DNA of 64,000 nt from Cellulomonadaceae bacterium (GTDB lineage Bacteria > Actinomycetota > Actinomycetes > Actinomycetales > Cellulomonadaceae), in the NCBI GenBank assembly GCA_031552185.1, contig JAVBMU010000024.1, positions 185-64,184 of the forward strand. The letters are read 5' to 3'. Each line of letters starts with the position of its first letter. Position 1 is the first letter of the stretch. The notes beneath the pieces were generated by a model that was not told the origin of the DNA, did not search any database, and was given only the letters and a program-made list of their open reading frames with translations. This document shows positions 30,879 through 39,635 of this stretch, piece after piece. Position numbers and translations under genes: made by a program.

Positions 30879-32897
30879 TCACGGCCGCCGGCGGGCCGCG
30901 GCGACCAACGCCCGCAATCCCAGCAGGACGCCGATCAGCAGCGCCCCGGACCCGACGGCCTGGGTAAGCCGGACGTTCGGAGTCAACCTGATGCCCGTAT
31001 CGGCGGCCAGCAACACCACCCCGGCCACGATCGCGGCCACCGCCAGAAGGGTCACGATCGCGCGGGACACGAGTTCCTCGATGAAGGACCGATCCCCGGG
31101 ATCGGCCAGCAGCCGCACGTTCAGGCTGATCCGGCCCTGTTCGAGATCCCGGACCAGCCGGTCCACCCGGCGCGGCAGCCGGGCGAGCAGCGGCGTCAAC
31201 TCCACCAATTCCGCCACCGCGGCGTCCTTCAGTGCGGCCGGTTCGAGCGCGCGGCGCAGAATCGGGCGCGCCTCGCGCTGGGCGCCGGCGACGAGGTCGA
31301 ACGTCGGGTCGAGCAATCCGAGCGTGCCGTCGAGCGCTGCGATCGCGCGAAACGCGGCGGCGAGCTGGGCCGGCACCGCGAATTCGTGTCGCCGGAGCAA
31401 GCCGAGTACCGACCCCAACACCGCGGCGCCCCCCGCCGCTCCGGTGCCCGCCCCGAACCGGGCGACGATCTCGGCCACCGAACGGTTGAACTCCGCCTCC
31501 TCGAACCGCACCGGCCGATCGACCAGTTCCAGCAGCGCGTCGCCGACGACGGCGGCGTCCTGGCGTTGGAGCCCGTGCAGCAGCACCCCGAGCCATTGGC
31601 GCGACCCCGCGTCGAGCCGACCGACCGACCCGAAGTCGAGCAATGCCAACGTGTTCGAATCCACCAGCAGCACGTTCCCCGGATGCAGGTCCGCGTGGAA
31701 GGTGCCGGTCAGCAGGATCTGGGTCAGGCACTCATGCAGGAGCGCCGCGGCCAGCTCGGCCCGGTCCGTCACGCTCAGGGTGGCGATCCGGTCCGCGGCG
31801 CCACCGAGGGCCGGCCCCCGCACGCGTTCCATCACCAGCACCGTGGCGGAACTCAACTCGTCGATCACGGCCGGGATCTTGACCTGCGCCGTACCACCCA
31901 CGGCCACGTCCAGTCGGAGCGGGCCGAGGTCGAGCCGCCGGTGCTGAGCCGCCGCCTGGCCGGCCGCAACCACGCGCTGGTTCTGCGCCTCGACGCGATA
32001 GTCCAGTTCCTCGTGCAGCGAGGCCGCGAATCCCTCGGCGAGGTGGGCAATGCGGATCTCGCGCCCCCAGTTGGTGGCGCGCTGCGCCCAGCGGGCCATC
32101 CGAAGCAGGATCTGCATGTCCACCCGCACCTGTTCGGCGGCGCCCGGGCGCTGCACCTTGACCACGACGTCGCGCCCATCGTGCAGCCGCGCGGCATACA
32201 CCTGAGCGACCGATGCGGCCGCGATCGGCTCGGGGTCGAACGTCGCGAAGACGGCGTCGACCGGTCGCCCGAGGCCCGCCTCCACCGCCGGGGCGATCTC
32301 CGCCCAGCCCACGACGTCGACGGCGGTCTGCAGCGTCGACAACTCGCGGACGAATTCCGCCGGCAGCAGATCCGGGCGGGTGGACGCCAACTGCCCGATC
32401 TTGACGAACGTCACCCCGGCATCGACCAGCGCGCCGCGCAGCGCGACGGCGACTTCTGCCGTCGCCGAGTGCCGGCGGGCGCGCAGCCCGCCCAGCCCGT
32501 GGCGAATAAAGATGCCGGCGATCTGCGCATACCGTCGTGAATGTCGACGGTTGGCCCGCCGGCGGCGAAGCCAATCGGCCGGCGTCGGGACGGTCCCGGT
32601 CGGCACGACGATCTCGGCCAGGACCAGGAGCGCGACCCCGCCGACAAAGATCCAACCGAAGGTCAGCGCGACGATGACCAGGCTCGGCGCGGGATCGGCC
32701 AGGACCTCGGCCTCGTCGGTCGGCAACTCCGTGCTGCGCGCGACCCCATTGACGACCGGCGACGTAATACCCAACAGGATCAGGCCGACGACGAGTGATC
32801 GGATCCAGCCGATCGGCGCGGCCAGCATCCGGCGGGCCACCGCAGCCGCGGCCCATGCGGTCGCCAACGTGGTCACTGCGACGAGAATCACCGTCAT
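30879..32897 (-). CDS. ABC1/UbiB-family atypical kinase with N- and C-terminal TM segments
   Basis: Last 672 aa of ORF 30879..33503. 'FVKIGQLASTRPDLLP', 'IAAASVAQVYAARL', 'VVVKVQRPG', 'FHADLHPGNVLL'. ATG at 32897 with GGAGGG upstream. Confidence 0.85.
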   Translation of the reverse strand: MTVILVAVTTLATAWAAAAVARRMLAAPIGWIRSLVVGLILLGITSPVVNGVARSTELPTDEAEVLADPAPSLVIVALTFGWIFVGGVALLVLAEIVVPTGTVPTPADWLRRRRANRRHSRRYAQIAGIFIRHGLGGLRARRHSATAEVAVALRGALVDAGVTFVKIGQLASTRPDLLPAEFVRELSTLQTAVDVVGWAEIAPAVEAGLGRPVDAVFATFDPEPIAAASVAQVYAARLHDGRDVVVKVQRPGAAEQVRVDMQILLRMARWAQRATNWGREIRIAHLAEGFAASLHEELDYRVEAQNQRVVAAGQAAAQHRRLDLGPLRLDVAVGGTAQVKIPAVIDELSSATVLVMERVRGPALGGAADRIATLSVTDRAELAAALLHECLTQILLTGTFHADLHPGNVLLVDSNTLALLDFGSVGRLDAGSRQWLGVLLHGLQRQDAAVVGDALLELVDRPVRFEEAEFNRSVAEIVARFGAGTGAAGGAAVLGSVLGLLRRHEFAVPAQLAAAFRAIAALDGTLGLLDPTFDLVAGAQREARPILRRALEPAALKDAAVAELVELTPLLARLPRRVDRLVRDLEQGRISLNVRLLADPGDRSFIEELVSRAIVTLLAVAAIVAGVVLLAADTGIRLTPNVRLTQAVGSGALLIGVLLGLRALVAAARRRP

Positions 32898-33075
32898 GAA
32901 CCCTCCGCCCTCCTGAATCACGTCTTGCCCGACGCTTTGCTCACCCCCTGCCCTCTCCCTGCCGACACCGTACCCGCGCCGGGTCCGTGGCTCGGCCCGA
33001 CGACGGCCGGCGATCGGCGCGTGGGTCGCCGATCGCCGGCCGAAGAGCCGATTGGTTGTGGTCCGCCGGGCTCGG

Positions 33076-33645
33076 TCAGTCGTGATCGTCGTCGAGCTTC
33101 CAGCGTTCCTTGGCCAGGACCTTGAAGCTCGCGTCGAGGTAGACGTCCACCTCGTAGCGGCCGTTGCGGATCTCGACCTCCCAGGCGTGGGTCGGGTCAT
33201 CGGAGCGTTCGACCTCCGTGACGGCGCCGACGCCGCCGACCGCGGCGAGTGCCGCCGCCGCCGCGCGCCCGGCATCGGAGGTCGCGTCGATCTGCGTGCC
33301 GCCCGTAGTCGCGGGTCCCGTCGTCGGGTCCGGTGCGACCGGCGACGTCGGGTCGGCCGGGGCCTGGCTGGTCGGGGCCTGGCTGGTCGGGGCCTGGCTG
33401 GTCGGGGCCTTCCCGTTCGGGGCAGGATTGTCATGGGCCAGGTGGTCACCGGCCAGGTTGTCGACGACGACCGTCCGGTCGTCGTCGCGCGACGCACTCG
33501 CAACGGCGGCCGCGCCGAGGCCGCCGATCACGAGGAGGCCGACCACACCGGCGAGGGCGATCGATCGCCGCGGGCGACGCGTGGTCGGGGCAGGAGGGAT
33601 CGGGGTCTGCTGGGAACCGGGGGTGCCGGTCGGGTTCGTGGTCAT
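33076..33645 (-). CDS. Membrane-anchored PepSY-domain protein
   Basis: ORF 33076..33663 trimmed to ATG 33645. TM 'IALAGVVGLLVIGGLGAAAV', linker '(APTSQ)x3', C-terminal PepSY-like 'AWEVEIRNGRYEVDVYLDASFKVL'. Confidence 0.7.
   Translation of the reverse strand: MTTNPTGTPGSQQTPIPPAPTTRRPRRSIALAGVVGLLVIGGLGAAAVASASRDDDRTVVVDNLAGDHLAHDNPAPNGKAPTSQAPTSQAPTSQAPADPTSPVAPDPTTGPATTGGTQIDATSDAGRAAAAALAAVGGVGAVTEVERSDDPTHAWEVEIRNGRYEVDVYLDASFKVLAKERWKLDDDHD
33359..33410 (-). repeat. 15-bp x3.5 in-frame tandem repeat encoding APTSQAPTSQAPTSQ
   Basis: GGGGCCTGGCTGGTC repeated from 33359. Confidence 0.9.
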
Positions 33646-33701
33646 GTCCCGATCGTGGCGCATTGTCGCTGAAAGGAACCTGGAGCCCGCTGAACGCGTC
33701 T

Positions 33702-35255
33702 TCAGCCGGCCGGCAGGTCGATCTCGACCCGGGCGCCGCCGGCCGCCGCCGCGCCGATTGTGACCTCGCCGCCGTGCGCGCGGGCGATCTCGCGGACGAT
33801 CGCGAGACCGAGGCCCGAACCGCCCTCGTCGCGGGCCCGCGCCTCGTCCAGGCGGACGAATCGCTCGAAGACCCGCTCGCGCTCCGCCGCCGCGATCCCG
33901 GCGCCGTCGTCCGACACGGCCACAACCACCCGGCGACCGCGGCCCGCGGCGGCGCGGGCCGCACCGATGTCGCGGGCCGCATCGGTGTCGCCGGCCGCAC
34001 CGCCGTCGGCGTGGGGATCGAGGCGGAGGTCGACGTCGACTCGGGACCGGGCGTGGCGAGCGGCATTGTCGATCACGTTGCCGAAGAGCCGGGCCAACAA
34101 CTGCGCGTCGCCGCGGACCCGGGCCGCGGGCGCGGCCGCCCCCTTGCGGCCGCCGTGCGTCCCGCCGGCGCTGCCCTCGGCGGGCGCACCACCGGCACCA
34201 TCGGCGGGCGGGCCCCCGACGCCGACGCCGTCGAGGCGGACCGTCGGCCCGTCCGGACCGATCCGGGCCGCCGCCACGACCAGCAGGTCCCGCAGGTCGA
34301 CGACGGCGGCCCGCGCCTGCCGCGCCGGCGTCCGGTCGGCCTCGTCCCAGCGCGACAGGAACAACAGATCCTCGACCAGCCGCTGCAGCCGCAACGCCTC
34401 CGCGTGCGTCTGCTCGGCCAGTTCCCGCGGATCCACGGCGTCGGGATAGCTGAGTTCGAGTTCGGCGTTCTGCCGGATGACCGCGATCGGGGAGCGCAAT
34501 TCGTGCGAGGCGTCCGAGACGAACCGGCGCTGGCGCAGTTCAGCGGATTCGAGCCGGTCCAGCATCGCGTTCATGGTCCGGGCGAGGCGGGCGATCTCGT
34601 CCTCGCCGCCCGGGTCGACAATCCGGCGATGCAGGGTCCGGCTCGACAGGTCCTCGACCTGGCGCCGCATCCGCTCCACCGGCCGCAGCGAGCGGCCGAC
34701 CAGCACCCAGGTCAGCGCCGCGACGAGCAGGGTCAGCGCCGGCACGGCGACCCGCACGATCGCACCGAAGGCGGCGGTCGACTCCTGGCGGGGCGCCGCA
34801 CTGCGGCCGACCACCACCGTGCCGCCGGTCAGGTTCAGGGCGCTGCGCACGATCGGCTCGCGGTGGACCAGGTAGCGCGTGCCGTTGCTGGTCAGCCGCA
34901 CCGTGGTGGCGCCGGGGTCGAGCGGCCCGGCCCGCTCGAGCAGTGTGCTGGCCGTGACGACGTCGCCGTCCGGGCCGAGGACCTGGACGAACTCCGACTC
35001 GTCGCCGGAACCCACCAGCAGGGCGGGAGTCGCGCCGTCGGCGAGTGCGGCCGTGATCGCGCCGGCCCGGCTCCGGGCGGCGTCGAGGATCGACCGGGTC
35101 AATGCCTGGTCGAGATGCCGCATCGCCACGAAGGCGCCCGCGCTGAGCACGATCGCCACGGCCAGCCCGGCCGCCAACGCCGCGCCCCACCGCACCGAAG
35201 GCAGCCACCGCCGCCCCGGGTCGCGCCGGGCCGCCTCGGCGGCTCGCTCAGCCAT
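33702..35255 (-). CDS. Sensor histidine kinase (two TM helices, periplasmic loop, HAMP, HisKA, HATPase)
   Basis: ORF 33702..35255. HAMP 'LRPVERMRRQVEDL...ARTMNAMLDRL', H-box 'FVSDASHELRSPIAVI', N-box 'NVIDNAARHA', G-boxes 'VSDDGAGI' and 'GSGLGLAIV'. Its start overlaps the regulator stop by 8 nt. Confidence 0.88.
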   Translation of the reverse strand: MAERAAEAARRDPGRRWLPSVRWGAALAAGLAVAIVLSAGAFVAMRHLDQALTRSILDAARSRAGAITAALADGATPALLVGSGDESEFVQVLGPDGDVVTASTLLERAGPLDPGATTVRLTSNGTRYLVHREPIVRSALNLTGGTVVVGRSAAPRQESTAAFGAIVRVAVPALTLLVAALTWVLVGRSLRPVERMRRQVEDLSSRTLHRRIVDPGGEDEIARLARTMNAMLDRLESAELRQRRFVSDASHELRSPIAVIRQNAELELSYPDAVDPRELAEQTHAEALRLQRLVEDLLFLSRWDEADRTPARQARAAVVDLRDLLVVAAARIGPDGPTVRLDGVGVGGPPADGAGGAPAEGSAGGTHGGRKGAAAPAARVRGDAQLLARLFGNVIDNAARHARSRVDVDLRLDPHADGGAAGDTDAARDIGAARAAAGRGRRVVVAVSDDGAGIAAAERERVFERFVRLDEARARDEGGSGLGLAIVREIARAHGGEVTIGAAAAGGARVEIDLPAG

Positions 35256-35922
35256 CGTCGACCATCCGGTAGCCCGCCCCGCGCACCGTGACGATCGACT
35301 CCCGGCCGAACGGCCGGTCGATCTTGTTCCGCAGGTGCCGGACGTAGACCTCGACGATGTTCGCCCCGCCCTCGAAGTCGTCGTTCCACACGTGGTCGAG
35401 GATCTGCTGCTTCGTCACGATCGAGTCCCCCGCCCGCAGCAGGCATTCGAGCACGGCCGCCTCCCGGCTGGTGAGTTCGATGTCGACGTCGCCGCGCGCC
35501 GTCGCGCGGGTCGCCGGGTCGTAGCTGAGGTCGCCCAGGCTCAGCTGCGCCGGGCGCTCCACCGCACCGCGGCGGATCGCCGCCCGGAGCCGGGCGACCA
35601 GGACCGCAAACGAGAAGGGCTTGGTGATGTAGTCGTCCGCGCCGCAGTCCAGGCCGCGGATCTGGTCCCGGGCGCCGTCGCGGGCGGTCAGCATGACGAC
35701 GGGCGTCCAGTTCCCTTCGCGGCGCAGCGTGGCGCACAGCTCCATGCCGTTCAGGCCGGGCAGCATGACGTCGAGCAGGATGACGTCATAGGGCTTCTCC
35801 CGCGCGAGCCACAACCCGTCGGTGCCGTCGGGCGCGACGTCGACGGCGAACCCCTCGGCCTGCAGCCCGGCCCGCAACCCGGCGGCCAGCCGCCGCTCGT
35901 CCTCGACCACGAGCACGCGCAT
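35248..35922 (-). CDS. OmpR/PhoB-family response regulator
   Basis: ORF 35248..35946 trimmed to ATG 35922 (GGGGAG upstream). 'MRVLVVEDERRLA', 'ILLDVMLPGLNG', 'TKPFSF', 'TVRGAGYRM'. Confidence 0.92.
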   Translation of the reverse strand: MRVLVVEDERRLAAGLRAGLQAEGFAVDVAPDGTDGLWLAREKPYDVILLDVMLPGLNGMELCATLRREGNWTPVVMLTARDGARDQIRGLDCGADDYITKPFSFAVLVARLRAAIRRGAVERPAQLSLGDLSYDPATRATARGDVDIELTSREAAVLECLLRAGDSIVTKQQILDHVWNDDFEGGANIVEVYVRHLRNKIDRPFGRESIVTVRGAGYRMVDDG

Positions 35923-36055
35923 GGTGACTCCCCTGTCGACCGGCATTCACTCGATGCCCAGGACGATACGGGGAAAACGGTCCGGATGCTGCGACGCCGG
36001 GCGGGCCGGCGACCGATTCCGCCCGCCGGCCCGCCCGCGACGCTTCGCGCCGGGC

Positions 36056-37714
36056 CTACACCAACGTCTTGGCCGCGTGCCGCGCCGCGACGTGGGCGTA
36101 GACCAGTCCCTGCCCGATGGTCGCCCCCGGCCCGGGGTAGCAGCGGCCGAAGGCGTTGCCCGCTGCGTTGCCGGACGCGTACAGCCCTTCGATCACGGTC
36201 CCGTCGGCCCGCAGCGCCCGGGCGAAGTGGTCGGCCCGGACCCCGCCGCAGGTGCCGAGGTCGCCGGGCACCATCCGCACCGCGTAGAACGGGCCGGTGC
36301 GCACCGGCCCCAGGCAGGGGTTCGGCGTGACGCTCGGGTCGCCGTAGTACCGGTCGTACGCGCTGTCGCCGCGGTGGAAATCGTCGTCCCGCCCGGCCGC
36401 GGCGAGCACGTTGAAGCGGGCGACCGTGGCGGGCAGGTCCGGCAGCCCGACGGCGTCGGCCAGATCCTCGACGGTCTTGGCCTTGTGCGCGAGCCCAGCG
36501 TCGTACCAGGCCTTGGGCAGCGGCCGGCGCGGCATGACGACGGTGCCGAACATGTATCGGTTCTTGAAGGTCTGGTCGAAGATCATCCAGGCGGGCACGT
36601 GCGGGTCCTCGGGGGTGTCCTTGGACCAGATGATCTGCCCGGCGCTCATGTAGTTGACGGCCTCGTTCATGAACCGCCGCCCGCGCCCGTTCACGATGAT
36701 CTGCCCCGGCAGCGACCGCTCTGCGAGCAGCGCCCCGGGCGTGCCGTCCGGCGTCATGATCGCCGGGAACCACCACGACTCGCTCATGAACGCCAGGTCC
36801 GCGCCGATCGCCGCCGCGGCGGCGATGGCGTCCCCGGTGTTGTCGGGGTTGCCGAAGCTCCAGTCGGTGTCGATGCCCTCGGCCTGGTAGCGATGCCGCA
36901 TCTCGGCGTTGCGGTCGAAGCCGCCCGCGGACAGGAGCACACCGCGGGTCGCGTGCACGACGACGTCCACGCCGCCGCGCTGCACGACGACGCCGGTGAC
37001 CTGCCCACCCTCGCCGACCACCAGTTCGCGCAGCGGTGAGTTGAGCCAGACCGGGATCTTGGCCCTGAGCACGCCGGCGTACAACCCGGCCGCCAGGGCC
37101 TGGCCGCCCGCGACGTACTCGCGCCGCACCACCTTGCCGCCCAGGCCCAGCCCGAGCGCGCTACCCGCGACGACCACGCCCCGCGGGTTGCGCGTCATCA
37201 GGTTCATCCAACGGTAGGCGCGCGAGGTGATCGGCATCGGGAACGGCGGTTCGAGCACCGGGCCGCGCAATTCGGTGCGGTGCTCGCCGAGGGTGCGGGC
37301 ATCGAATGGGCGTGGCTCCACCGCCCGGCCCTTCGCCGAGCCCCCGGGCAACTCCGGGAAGTAGTCGGCGTACTCGCGCATCCACTGGTATTTCAGCGGT
37401 GTGTTCCGCCGCAGGGACTCCACGGCGTCCGGGCCGTGCAGCACATGTGTCAGCCAGCGCTCCTCGGGCACCTCGCCCTTGGTCGCGGCGCGCAGGTAGG
37501 TCCGGAGTCGCTCGGCGTCGTCGACCACCCCCTCCTCGCGCAGGATCGAGTTTCCCGGGATCCAGAAGCCCCCGCCGGACAACGAGGTCGATCCGCCCAC
37601 GACGGCGGACTTCTCCACGACCAGGACGGACAGCCCCTCCTCGGCCGCGGTGAGCGCGCCGAGCAGTCCGGTCCCGGAGCCCACGACTATGAGGTCGTAC
37701 CTGAGTTCATCCAC
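36056..37714 (-). CDS. FAD-dependent oxidoreductase of the 3-ketosteroid-delta1-dehydrogenase / fumarate-reductase flavoprotein type
   Basis: ORF 36056..37816 trimmed to GTG 37714. Dinucleotide fold 'YDLIVVGSGTGLLGAL...VVEK', 'GGSTSLSGGGFWIP', C-terminal 'GLYASGNAAG'. Substrate unknown. Confidence 0.8.
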   Translation of the reverse strand: MDELRYDLIVVGSGTGLLGALTAAEEGLSVLVVEKSAVVGGSTSLSGGGFWIPGNSILREEGVVDDAERLRTYLRAATKGEVPEERWLTHVLHGPDAVESLRRNTPLKYQWMREYADYFPELPGGSAKGRAVEPRPFDARTLGEHRTELRGPVLEPPFPMPITSRAYRWMNLMTRNPRGVVVAGSALGLGLGGKVVRREYVAGGQALAAGLYAGVLRAKIPVWLNSPLRELVVGEGGQVTGVVVQRGGVDVVVHATRGVLLSAGGFDRNAEMRHRYQAEGIDTDWSFGNPDNTGDAIAAAAAIGADLAFMSESWWFPAIMTPDGTPGALLAERSLPGQIIVNGRGRRFMNEAVNYMSAGQIIWSKDTPEDPHVPAWMIFDQTFKNRYMFGTVVMPRRPLPKAWYDAGLAHKAKTVEDLADAVGLPDLPATVARFNVLAAAGRDDDFHRGDSAYDRYYGDPSVTPNPCLGPVRTGPFYAVRMVPGDLGTCGGVRADHFARALRADGTVIEGLYASGNAAGNAFGRCYPGPGATIGQGLVYAHVAARHAAKTLV

Positions 37715-38066
37715 GCCGACGCACCCCTTTCGCCATGCCGTGGCGCCGCGCGTGCCGCACCGCGCCCTTTCAGCCGTTCTACCACGGATGGGGTCGTTGC
37801 GGAGCCCCACGCGCACATGTGTGCACGAGGTCGTGACCTGTGCATGGCTGAGGGCGACGTTTAGTCTCTACCTCGTTCGCGATACCTCGATCTCGCGCGC
37901 ACTACCTCCGCCTCTCGCACGGCGGCCACCGTCATCCGCGCCCCCCGACAGCACCCTCGCCGGCCGCCCGGAATCCACCCCCGCAGCCTCACCGCCCACG
38001 ACCACGACCCACCCGAACCACCCACCCGGGCCACCTACCCGCGCGACCTCTTGCTCGGTTGCGGCC

Positions 38067-38492
38067 TCAGGCGAGGATCGTCGGCTTCATCTCGCCGATC
38101 CGGGCGAGGAGGCCGTTGACGAACGCGGGCGATTCGTCCGTGGACAGCGCCGAGGCCTGCCCGACTGCCTCGTCGATGGCCACGACGTCCGGCACGTCGT
38201 CGTTGAACAACAATTCCCAGGTGCCGATCCGCAGCAGGGCGCGGTCGACCGCGGGCATCCGGTCCAGCGTCCAGCCGTGGGAGTACGTCTGCAGGACCTC
38301 GTCGATGTGCTCGGCGTGCGCCAGCACGCCCGTCACGATCTCGACCGAATACTGGGGTAGCGCGCCGGCGTCGGCGCTCGGCGCGGCGACTCGCTCGGCG
38401 AGCAGCTCGACCGCGTCAACGCCGCGCTGTTCGGCCTCGAAAAGCAGGTCCAGCGCGCGCTTGCGCGCCTCGGACCGCGGGGTCCCGGACAC
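38067..38492 (-). CDS. nusB: Transcription antitermination factor NusB
   Basis: ORF 38067..38492. 'ARKRALDLLFEAEQRG', 'DRMPAVDRALLRIGTWELLF'. Confidence 0.93.
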   Translation of the reverse strand: MSGTPRSEARKRALDLLFEAEQRGVDAVELLAERVAAPSADAGALPQYSVEIVTGVLAHAEHIDEVLQTYSHGWTLDRMPAVDRALLRIGTWELLFNDDVPDVVAIDEAVGQASALSTDESPAFVNGLLARIGEMKPTILA

Positions 38493-38493
38493 G

Positions 38494-39057
38494 TCAGTCG
38501 TTCACCCGGCCGAGGTACGAGCCGTCGCGGGTGTCGACCTTGACCTTGGTGCCCTGCTCCAGGAAGAGCGGAACCTGGATCTGCGCGCCGGTCTCCAGCG
38601 TGGCGGGCTTGGTGCCGCCCGTCGACCGGTCGCCCTGCAAGCCCGGCTCGGTGAAGGTGATCTCCAGCGTGACGGCGGCCGGCAGCTCGATGTACAGCGG
38701 GTTGCCGTCGTTGGACGCGACCAGCACGGAGATGCCCTCGAGCATGTAGTCCTTGGCGTCGCCGACGACGGCGGCCGAGACCGTGAGCTGGTCGTAGGAG
38801 GACATGTCCATGAAGACGTAGTCCTCGCCGTCCTGGTACAGGTACTGCATGTCCCGCCGGTCGACGTTGGCGGTCTCGATCTTGATCCCCGCGTTGAACG
38901 TCCGGTCGACGGTCTTGCCCGTGAGGACGTTCTTGATCTTTGTGCGCACGAACGCGCCACCCTTGCCGGGCTTGACGTGCTGGAACTCGACGACCGTCCA
39001 CAATTGGCCGTCGATGCGAAGCACGGTGCCGTTTTTGATGTCGTTGGTGGTTGCCAC
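38494..39057 (-). CDS. efp: Elongation factor P
   Basis: ORF 38494..39057. '[10 protein letters not shown]', '[22 protein letters not shown]'. GTG start preceded by AGGAAG. Confidence 0.96.
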   Translation of the reverse strand: MATTNDIKNGTVLRIDGQLWTVVEFQHVKPGKGGAFVRTKIKNVLTGKTVDRTFNAGIKIETANVDRRDMQYLYQDGEDYVFMDMSSYDQLTVSAAVVGDAKDYMLEGISVLVASNDGNPLYIELPAAVTLEITFTEPGLQGDRSTGGTKPATLETGAQIQVPLFLEQGTKVKVDTRDGSYLGRVND

Positions 39058-39095
39058 GTTCGTCTTCCTGTTCGAGTGGAGGTCCTGGGCGTCGG

Positions 39096-39131
39096 CTTCG
39101 GGCAGTACTTCGGGCAGTACTTCGGGCAGTA
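39096..39131. repeat. 12-bp x3 perfect tandem repeat (CTTCGGGCAGTA) in the efp upstream region
   Basis: Read at 39096-39131, 39-74 nt upstream of the efp start codon. Non-coding. Confidence 0.9.
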
Positions 39132-39239
39132 CGGCACGGTGCGGTGCGGCCGGGCGGCACGGACCTGCGAAAAGCCCCTACGAAAAGCCCAATACATGGT
39201 AGCGGAGGAGCGCAGCCGCGCCCGGACGGCGGTCCGGAC

Positions 39240-39635
39240 TCAGCCGGAGGCGAGCAGGGCGGCGCCCCCGGCGGCGACCGCCGTCGCCCAGATCATCGAC
39301 GCGAAGGTGCCGATCACGAATCGTTCGGCCGCGCCGGGCTGCTGCCGCAACTCCGGGTACCGCCCCAGCCCCTTGATCGCAATCAGGTAGGCGATGCCCT
39401 GCGGCTGCCCGGCGAGCACCGCCACGGCGACGCCCAGCCGTTCGAGGTAACCGATCCACGGCCCGCCGCGCAGCACCACCGGCGGGGCCGCGAGGTTCGC
39501 ACCGTCCTCGGCCGTCGCCGCCTCGAGTCGGTCCCGATTCGTCGCCAACCGCAGCACGATCCGCACGAGCGAGCCCCCCACCGGCACGGCGAGGACGAGC
39601 ACGCCGACCCAGACGATCCAGTCCGTAGCGGTCAT
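39240..39635 (-). CDS. Small integral membrane protein (about 3 TM), family not recognised
   Basis: Last 131 aa of ORF 39240..40295. ATG at 39635 with GGGAGG upstream, overlapping the preceding stop (ATGA). Hydrophobic segments 'WIVWVGVLVLAVPV', 'LGVAVAVLAG', 'IGTFASMIWATAVAAGGAALLA'. Confidence 0.6.
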   Translation of the reverse strand: MTATDWIVWVGVLVLAVPVGGSLVRIVLRLATNRDRLEAATAEDGANLAAPPVVLRGGPWIGYLERLGVAVAVLAGQPQGIAYLIAIKGLGRYPELRQQPGAAERFVIGTFASMIWATAVAAGGAALLASG

